This document shows, piece by piece, positions 54,577-60,750 of a stretch of DNA of 64,000 bases. A program made the position numbers and the translations under genes. The notes beneath the pieces are model-generated. The model did not search any database. It saw only the letters and a list, made by a program, of their open reading frames with translations, and had not been told where the DNA came from. This DNA is from an uncultured Bacteroidales bacterium. GTDB lineage: Bacteria; Bacteroidota; Bacteroidia; Bacteroidales; FEN-979. Each line of letters begins with the position of its first letter. Position 1 is the first letter of the stretch. The stretch covers positions 12,016 to 76,015 of the forward strand of contig CAILVF010000043.1 of NCBI GenBank assembly GCA_903837605.1, in the 5' to 3' direction.

Positions 54577-54611
54577 TAAATCGTAAATCGTAAACCGTAA
54601 ACCGTAAATTG
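54577..54611. repeat. Heptamer tandem array, 5 units (TAAATCG x2, TAAACCG x2, TAAATTG)
   Basis: Fills the 44-nt spacer between the OFOR beta stop and gamma start. The units also read as AATCGTA / AACCGTA. Confidence 0.9.
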
Positions 54612-54616
54612 TCCTT

Positions 54617-55429
54617 TTATTCTTTAACGACAGTTTCTTTCTTTTCAACTAATTTTCCGTCAACCTTGATATCGCCAAGGGGGTAGAAGGGGAACATATT
54701 CTCTTCCATCCATTTATTTGACTGCACCGGTGTCATTTTCCAACCTGAGTTGCAGTTTGAAACAACTTCGATAAAAGCGATGCCTTTGTTTTCTTTTTGT
54801 TGTTCTAATGCTTTGCGGATGGCTTTTTTGGTTTTGCGTACGTGGCTGGGTGTATGCACTGCCTGGCGGGTTACATAATGGACCCCCGGCAGATTTGATA
54901 TCAGTTCAGTAATCCTGAGTGGGTGGCCCATGGTTGGCACATCACGTCCGTAGGGAGAAGTTGAAGACCTCATGCCGGGGAGGGTAGTGGGGGCCATTTG
55001 TCCTCCGGTCATACCGTAAATGCCGTTATTAATGAAGATAATAGTAAAATTCTCACCGCGGTTGCAGGCATGGATCGTTTCGGCGGTGCCGATAGCTGCA
55101 AGGTCACCATCTCCCTGGTAGGTAAATACAAATTTGTCAGGCCACAGGCGTTTGATAGCGGTTGCCAGGGCAGGGGCACGTCCGTGGGCTGCGCCCAGCA
55201 TATCGATGTTCATGAAATCATAAGCCAGAACTGAACATCCAACAGGGGATACACCAATGGTTTTATCCTGGATGTCCATTTCCTCAAGGGTTTCCATCAG
55301 CATGCGGTGTACAACGCCGTGTCCGCAGCCGGGGCAGTAACTCAATGGCCTGTCAACAAGGAGATCGGTGCGTTTATAAACGATATTTTCATCCTTGCGT
55401 ATCTCGGTTTTTACAAATGGTTCCTCCAT
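54617..55429 (-). CDS. 2-oxoacid:ferredoxin oxidoreductase beta (TPP-binding) subunit
   Basis: YCPGCGHG, TYQGDGDLAAIG and NNGIYGMTGGQ motifs. Confidence 0.85.
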   Translation of the reverse strand: MEEPFVKTEIRKDENIVYKRTDLLVDRPLSYCPGCGHGVVHRMLMETLEEMDIQDKTIGVSPVGCSVLAYDFMNIDMLGAAHGRAPALATAIKRLWPDKFVFTYQGDGDLAAIGTAETIHACNRGENFTIIFINNGIYGMTGGQMAPTTLPGMRSSTSPYGRDVPTMGHPLRITELISNLPGVHYVTRQAVHTPSHVRKTKKAIRKALEQQKENKGIAFIEVVSNCNSGWKMTPVQSNKWMEENMFPFYPLGDIKVDGKLVEKKETVVKE

Positions 55430-55431
55430 AA

Positions 55432-56514
55432 TCAGCCTCCGATAATTTGGGTTTCGAGCGCATACACGACTTCGTCCGGTGTCGGGATGATGCCGCCAAA
55501 ACGCCCGTAATGTTCTATTTTAATGCTGCATCCTACACTCAGCTTTACATCTTCTATCATCTGACCGGCATTCATTTCAACAACCAGTATGCCTTTGACT
55601 TTTTTACCAAGGTCATTGATTGCTTTTACCGGGAAGGGGAATAGGGTAATGGGCCTGAAAAGCCCTACTTTAATGCCTTTTGCGCGTGCAAGGTCCATGG
55701 ATTTCTGGCAGATGCGGGCCGACAGTCCGAATGCGACGAAAAGGTATTCTGCATCTTCGCATCCCAGGGTTTCGTATAACACCTCATTTTTCTCTATTTC
55801 CCTGTATTTGGCCTGGAGTTTCAGGTTCACTCTTTCCTGCCCGGCGGGGTCAAGATCGAGAGAGGTGATGATAATATGATTCCGGTCTTTGGGTTTGCCT
55901 GTGGCGGCCCATGGGTTTTGTTTGATCAGTTCCGCTTCTGTACGTCGGGGGATAGGATCGAAAAGAACGACTTTTTCCATCATCTGGCCGATAGCGCCAT
56001 CTGAAAGGATCATCACCGGTGTGCGGTATTTGAAAGCAAGATCGAACCCGAGTTTTACATGGTCGCACATTTCCTGAACCGAGGCAGGAGCGAGAACGAT
56101 CATTTTATAATCTCCGTGCCCGCCTCCTTTTACTGCCTGGAAATAATCGGCCTGGGAGGGTTGAATAGTCCCGAGGCCGGGGCCTCCACGAACCACATTT
56201 ACAATAACGGCAGGCAGTTCAGCTCCGGCCATATACGAAATGCCTTCCTGCATCAGGCTGATGCCGGGGCTTGACGACGAAGTCATCACCATTTTACCAG
56301 TACCTGCACCACCGTAAAGCATGTTTATGGAAGCTGTTTCACTTTCGGCCTGAAGGACTATCATTCCGGTGCGTTCATGCGGTTTTTCCGCCATAAGATA
56401 TTCCATCACTTCAGACTGAGGTGTAATAGGATATCCGAAATACCCGTCGCAGCCTGCCCTGATGGCAGCCTCGGCAACAGCTTCGTTACCCTTCATCAAT
56501 CGTAATTCACCCAT
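55432..56514 (-). CDS. 2-oxoacid:ferredoxin oxidoreductase alpha subunit (VorB/KorA-like)
   Basis: MKGNEAVAEAAIRAGC, GYPITPQSEV and NVVRGGPGLGTIQPSQADY motifs. Confidence 0.85.
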   Translation of the reverse strand: MGELRLMKGNEAVAEAAIRAGCDGYFGYPITPQSEVMEYLMAEKPHERTGMIVLQAESETASINMLYGGAGTGKMVMTSSSSPGISLMQEGISYMAGAELPAVIVNVVRGGPGLGTIQPSQADYFQAVKGGGHGDYKMIVLAPASVQEMCDHVKLGFDLAFKYRTPVMILSDGAIGQMMEKVVLFDPIPRRTEAELIKQNPWAATGKPKDRNHIIITSLDLDPAGQERVNLKLQAKYREIEKNEVLYETLGCEDAEYLFVAFGLSARICQKSMDLARAKGIKVGLFRPITLFPFPVKAINDLGKKVKGILVVEMNAGQMIEDVKLSVGCSIKIEHYGRFGGIIPTPDEVVYALETQIIGG

Positions 56515-56535
56515 GAGATATGTAGTTTAAGATTG

Positions 56536-56763
56536 TTATTCAGAAACTTTTCCGCGGTATACGGTAATCACGCCGTCGGGACATACAATTGCGCAGTTCA
56601 TGCAACCGGTGCAGTCGTTATTGACCTTCATGGCAAAATGATAGCCTTTGCCATTCACTTCTTTCGACATCGCAATAGTAGCAGAAGGACATGCGGCTAT
56701 GCATACCTCGCATCCCTTGCAGCGTTCCACGTTTACCAGGATATCACCTTTGATTTTAGCCAT
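56536..56763 (-). CDS. OFOR delta subunit (2x[4Fe-4S] ferredoxin domain)
   Basis: CKGCEVCIAACP and CTGCMNCAIVCP motifs. First gene of the delta-alpha-beta-gamma operon. Confidence 0.85.
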   Translation of the reverse strand: MAKIKGDILVNVERCKGCEVCIAACPSATIAMSKEVNGKGYHFAMKVNNDCTGCMNCAIVCPDGVITVYRGKVSE

Positions 56764-56866
56764 ACTTAGAAAAATTAATCGTCAGGTATTAAACACCAGG
56801 GCGAAATTAGGAAATTTCTCCGAACCCGGGGAGGGTATTGTTAAATTTAGAACAAGTATAATTAGG

Positions 56867-56929
56867 CACGAGCCATGAGTGATTGGCGAATACTCATGGC
56901 TCCTGCCTCGTGGCTCAGGGCTCATGGCT
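56867..56929. repeat. Composite heptamer element: an AGCCATG-type fragment facing five inverted CATGGCT-type units
   Basis: CGAGCCATGAGT (56869-56880) pairs with ACTCATGGCTC (56892-56902). Units CATGGCT CCTGCCT CGTGGCT CAGGGCT CATGGCT span 56895-56929. Confidence 0.85.
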
Positions 56930-57717
56930 TATCTCTGGGCTGTGTTGTTGTAATAGAAGCTCCTGAAATAGGATTCGGTGAATACCGGGTTGATCTTATG
57001 GTAAAAACTTATAAGGATGCGTGTCTTCTGCCTTATTGTTTCATTCAGGTCGACAAGCCTCCAGAATTCGCGTCCGCCCGTAAACAGGTTCTGAGCGAAC
57101 ACATTGATATCTTCTTCAAGGGAGGCTGTGGAGTATTCCGAAAGGAAACCCTGGTCTATCATTGCGGGATCCAGGGCCATGCTTGCAAGGCCTTTTGAAA
57201 TTGCATCCGCCCCGCCATTTCCATAACTGAAAGAGGAAGGATTGAGCGACAGCCATTTGGTCTTGTCGAAACAGGAAGGGAAATTCCGGATCAGGATACT
57301 GGAGAATTCATGATGAAACACCTGTTCGATATAATCGTCGGTGAACCAGGGATTGTCGGTGTCGTCACAAAGGTAAATTGAATGCTGGTAATTAGTGCCG
57401 CCGTAAGGAAGCCCGTAGAACTTCATTGACTTTAAAACATACACCCTGTCGAGATTGCTGTTAAGCAGGTCAAGAGGGTATTTTGAGAACGCATGGGAAA
57501 GAAGGTCTTCCAGCCTGCCGATCTCTTCTTTACTGACCGGACGTATATCGGGATTGACCTTTTTGCCCGACCATTGATGTGGGAAAATACTAAGTTTGGA
57601 AGGAAAAAGTACTTCCACTCCGCTCCTTTGATCATAATAGCCTGGCTGTGCCTCCACGTCATGGAACAGGCAGAAAATAAGGGGTAGCCAAAGACAATAC
57701 CTATAAAGGAAAGCCAT
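56929..57717 (-). CDS. Secreted hypothetical protein (262 aa)
   Basis: Signal peptide ...LIFCLFHDVEAQ. Contains FHHEFSSIL, which is not a true HExxH. No family recognised. Confidence 0.5.
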   Translation of the reverse strand: MAFLYRYCLWLPLIFCLFHDVEAQPGYYDQRSGVEVLFPSKLSIFPHQWSGKKVNPDIRPVSKEEIGRLEDLLSHAFSKYPLDLLNSNLDRVYVLKSMKFYGLPYGGTNYQHSIYLCDDTDNPWFTDDYIEQVFHHEFSSILIRNFPSCFDKTKWLSLNPSSFSYGNGGADAISKGLASMALDPAMIDQGFLSEYSTASLEEDINVFAQNLFTGGREFWRLVDLNETIRQKTRILISFYHKINPVFTESYFRSFYYNNTAQR

Positions 57718-57872
57718 TGATGCGGTTTTCGACGCACAAAGAAAAGTATGGAGCTGCCCGGTATGGAAGCGGAAATCAGAAAAATATCAACGCGGCATTG
57801 TTAATAACTCTGGTAATTTTGTTGATAAGTTTGCTTTCCAGGTAGTTAGTCTGGCACGGGGGAGTGAAAAAT

Positions 57873-58019
57873 AGTCGGCAGTCGGCAGCCATGAGCCATG
57901 AGCCACGAGCCATGAGCCATGAGCCATGAGGCACGAGCCATGAGGCACGAGCCATGAGGCACGAGCCATGAGGCATGAGCCATGAGGCATGAGCCAACAG
58001 TCACCAGTCCCTAGTCACT
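57873..58019. repeat. Heptamer tandem array, 21 phase-continuous units (147 nt)
   Basis: AGTCGGC x2, then 16 units of AGCCATG/AGCCACG/AGGCACG/AGGCATG/AGCCAAC, then AGTCACC AGTCCCT AGTCACT. The last unit overlaps the aminotransferase stop (58018-58020). Confidence 0.95.
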
Positions 58020-59337
58020 AGCTTACCGGGTGATTTTCATGGAATGTTTTAAGCCTTTCTTCGAGCACGGGGAATTGCTCTCTTTTAACCAAAGAGACAC
58101 AGGCCCGGAGACCTTCATGGCGCTCACTTCCGCAGATACTTAATGAAATAGCGCTTATGCCATAATAAAGAAGTTCTTCAAGGAGTTTTTCACTTGAAAA
58201 CCCAGGGTAAGAGACTGTAAAATAGAAGCCATCGGCAATAGGGTTGCCTTCATCCATGTCATACACGATCCGGAACCCGTTGTCGAGGAACAATTTCTTC
58301 ATGATTTTTGCTTTTTCCCCGTATTCCATAACAACTTCCCTGAAGTTATAAGTCCCGTCATTTGCAGCTTTCAGCATAGCGGCCATGGCATACTGGGTGG
58401 AGTGGGCGGTGCCGGCGCTCAGCGCATATAGTGTGCCATAGATGAGGGCCCTGCCAAAGATATTGGAAGAATAAGACCAGAGAAGGTTTTCAGAAACAAG
58501 GTTGAAAAGCTGGTTGGAGACAAGCATCAGACCTATCCTTTGTCCGGCGTAACTGAAAGCTTTGGAGCTGGAAATGAGAAGGATGTAGTTCTCTGTATAC
58601 TTGGCAACGGTAGGCTGGTAAGGAGGATGCCCGGGATGCCCGTAATCCTTCCTGAAGTCCATTCCGAAATAGGCAAGGTCTTCGATGATAACAACATTAT
58701 ATTTAGTCGCCAGTTCACCTATTATCCTGAGTTCATGTTCTGTAAAGCAGATCCATGACGGATTATTCGGGTTTGAATAGAGTACCGAATGAATTTTACC
58801 AGTTGCGAAATAGGATTCAATTTTTTCCCTGAGTTTTTCCCCCCTGTACTCATAGACATCGAAACTTGCATATTTCATGCCCAATACGATCTGCTGCTGG
58901 TGGTGAACAGGAAAACCCGGATCAATAAAAAGCGTTGTATCCCGTTCCTTGGAAAGTTTTGAAAGGGTCAGGAAAGCGGCGAAGCCGCCTTGCATGGATC
59001 CAACAGTAGGAACGCAGTTGGCTTCATCAACATCAATATCGAGGAATAATTTGGCGAAACGCGAAGCTTCTTTCTTGAGAAGAGGGGTCCCTTCAATATC
59101 GGGGTAAATTGCTGCCACACCCCTCTTCAGAGCTTCGATCTCTGCCTGAACGCCTATTTCGGAAGGAGGCAGTCCGGGAACTCCCATTTCCATGCGGATG
59201 AACTTCTCACCGGTTTCCTTTTCGATATTGTTGATAAGCCTTTTTATCTCACGAATCGTTGCGGTACCAATATTAAGGATCTTGCTTTCGCTTATCTGCC
59301 GTCTTACAACCTCTGCATTTATCGGAGTCTCTTTCAT
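58018..59337 (-). CDS. Class I/II PLP-dependent aminotransferase
   Basis: Start trimmed to MKETPINAEVVRRQ (cat at 59335-59337). PLP-lysine motif SSSKAFSYAGQRIG and YSNPNNPS. Substrate not assignable by eye. Confidence 0.75.
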   Translation of the reverse strand: MKETPINAEVVRRQISESKILNIGTATIREIKRLINNIEKETGEKFIRMEMGVPGLPPSEIGVQAEIEALKRGVAAIYPDIEGTPLLKKEASRFAKLFLDIDVDEANCVPTVGSMQGGFAAFLTLSKLSKERDTTLFIDPGFPVHHQQQIVLGMKYASFDVYEYRGEKLREKIESYFATGKIHSVLYSNPNNPSWICFTEHELRIIGELATKYNVVIIEDLAYFGMDFRKDYGHPGHPPYQPTVAKYTENYILLISSSKAFSYAGQRIGLMLVSNQLFNLVSENLLWSYSSNIFGRALIYGTLYALSAGTAHSTQYAMAAMLKAANDGTYNFREVVMEYGEKAKIMKKLFLDNGFRIVYDMDEGNPIADGFYFTVSYPGFSSEKLLEELLYYGISAISLSICGSERHEGLRACVSLVKREQFPVLEERLKTFHENHPVS

Positions 59338-59457
59338 GGTTTCCCTCTTGTCAAGATTTGTTAATTGCTGAACAACAGCAAAAGTCATAAATAATTTCCA
59401 ATCCGGCAATGATATAGATCATGCGGATATAACAATTATAAGAAATTATCAACAGTT

Positions 59458-60405
59458 TTAAAAAGGAGTTTCACTTCCCAGGTAACATGTTATACCCAGT
59501 GATGTAAACCGGTTTTGGATTTCAACCAGCTTCTCCCGGGGTGTCATTTCAAAGCCGGGGAGCTTATAAACGATTCCTGCGAGCTGGTATTTTTCACGCC
59601 CAAGGTGGTGAACGGGAAGTATATTCAGCTCATTCCGGCCTGTCGAAAGAATAAAACCTGCTGTTGCCCTGATATTTTCATCCGAGTCATTCAGTCCCGG
59701 CACAAGTGGCAGCCTGAACACCAGCCTGCCTTCGAACTTCCCTGCAAGCTGCCGGGCATTCTCAAGGATCAGGGAGTTTGTTGAGGATGTAAGCTCCTTA
59801 TGGGAAGCCGCGTCGATATGTTTCAGGTCAAAAAAGATCCATTCAAGCCAGGGAAGGGATGGTTCTATATTTTTCCAGGGGATGTCACCGCAGGTTTCAA
59901 CCGCAGTATGGATAAAGGCCTCATAGCACCGTTTAAGCAAAGCTGAGGCGAACTCAGGTTGTGCAAAAGGTTCTCCTCCGGTGAGGGTGATCCCGCCTTT
60001 TTCACCCCAATATTGCCTGTCGCGTTTTATCCTGTCATAAAGATCTTCTGTCGTGATATAGTAACCTCCTTTTGCCAGGGCTCCCGTCAGGCAGGCGCTT
60101 ACGCAGTCATAAGTAACGCATCTGCTGCATTTCTCCCTGTCAAACTGAAGCCGGGGGGTGTCCTTATCGCCGATCAACGTTATAGCCTTGTGTGGGCAGG
60201 CCTGCAGGCAATACAGGTCGAAAAGGCATTTTGTTTCTTTATACAGGGGCTCGGGAAATGGTCTTATCCCTTCCGGGTTTGAGCACCAGAGGCACCTGAG
60301 CGGACAGCCTTTCAGAAATATCAGTGTGCGGCAGCCGGGGCCGTCGTGTACCGAGAACCCCTGGATGTCGAAAATATATCCCCCGTTTAATTTTGACTGA
60401 TCCAT
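59458..60405 (-). CDS. hpdA: Glycyl-radical enzyme activating protein (radical SAM, HpdA-like)
   Basis: Start trimmed to MDQSKLNGGYIFDIQGFSVHDGPGCR. Radical-SAM motif CPLRCLWCSNPE. Two auxiliary Cys clusters (CLFDLYCLQACP and CSRCVTYDCVSAC). GGITLTGGEP. Confidence 0.85.
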   Translation of the reverse strand: MDQSKLNGGYIFDIQGFSVHDGPGCRTLIFLKGCPLRCLWCSNPEGIRPFPEPLYKETKCLFDLYCLQACPHKAITLIGDKDTPRLQFDREKCSRCVTYDCVSACLTGALAKGGYYITTEDLYDRIKRDRQYWGEKGGITLTGGEPFAQPEFASALLKRCYEAFIHTAVETCGDIPWKNIEPSLPWLEWIFFDLKHIDAASHKELTSSTNSLILENARQLAGKFEGRLVFRLPLVPGLNDSDENIRATAGFILSTGRNELNILPVHHLGREKYQLAGIVYKLPGFEMTPREKLVEIQNRFTSLGITCYLGSETPF

Positions 60406-60638
60406 TCGAAATCGACACATTTTGCCGCGATCATATCGGGGTAGGCCAGGGTGGCTGACATACATTTGCCCAGAAAATCTTTCTCGGCAGTGTATTTACT
60501 GCAAAACTTGCATTTTGCAATCTTTTCAGCCTTGCCGCAGAATGGATCGTCGGGGAGGATGTCCTGCTTTGAGAGTTTGCACATCCCCTTGAAAACATCA
60601 ACCGGAAGGTAAAATTTGCAGTCGGTGCAATTGTTCAT
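60387..60638 (-). CDS. hpdC: Small (gamma) subunit of 4-hydroxyphenylacetate decarboxylase, 8-Cys Fe-S protein (HpdC/CsdC-like)
   Basis: 83 aa with Cys at 4, 7, 20, 34 and 43, 46, 59, 74 (4+4). It sits between the GRE and its activase, as in hpdBCA operons. The KGMCKLSKQDILPDDPFC region resembles HpdC as I remember it. Confidence 0.7.
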   Translation of the reverse strand: MNNCTDCKFYLPVDVFKGMCKLSKQDILPDDPFCGKAEKIAKCKFCSKYTAEKDFLGKCMSATLAYPDMIAAKCVDFEWISQN

Positions 60639-60673
60639 GTCTGTTTCGGTTAAATCGTATCCTTTTTTTAATA

Positions 60674-60750
60674 GTGACTAGTGACCGGTGACTGGTGACT
60701 GGTGACTGGTGACTGGTGATCGTTCACTGTTCACTATTTACCGTTTACTA
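60674..60750. repeat. Heptamer tandem array, 11 units (GTGACTG core x4, decaying to TTCACTG / TTTACCG)
   Basis: GTGACTA GTGACCG GTGACTG x4 GTGATCG TTCACTG TTCACTA TTTACCG TTTACTA. The last unit contains the hpdB stop (60748-60750). The array fills most of the hpdB-hpdC spacer. Confidence 0.95.

Noticed and set aside
57776-57997. Two overlapping track ORFs (73 and 67 aa) translating to MAHASWLMPHGSCLMARASW... and similar
   Set aside because: They are simply the heptamer array read in frame, which produces a periodic peptide with a 7-aa period. They have no start context and overlap each other. I treat them as artefacts of the repeat.
3108-60465. Long N-terminal extensions in track ORFs (starts at 5222, 10663, 10458, 18078, 27911, 32701, 38414, 59409, 60465)
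   Set aside because: In each case an internal Met is followed immediately by a canonical signal peptide or the conserved family N-terminus. The extension also overlaps a neighbouring gene, tRNA-flanking sequence or promoter. I trimmed the starts accordingly.
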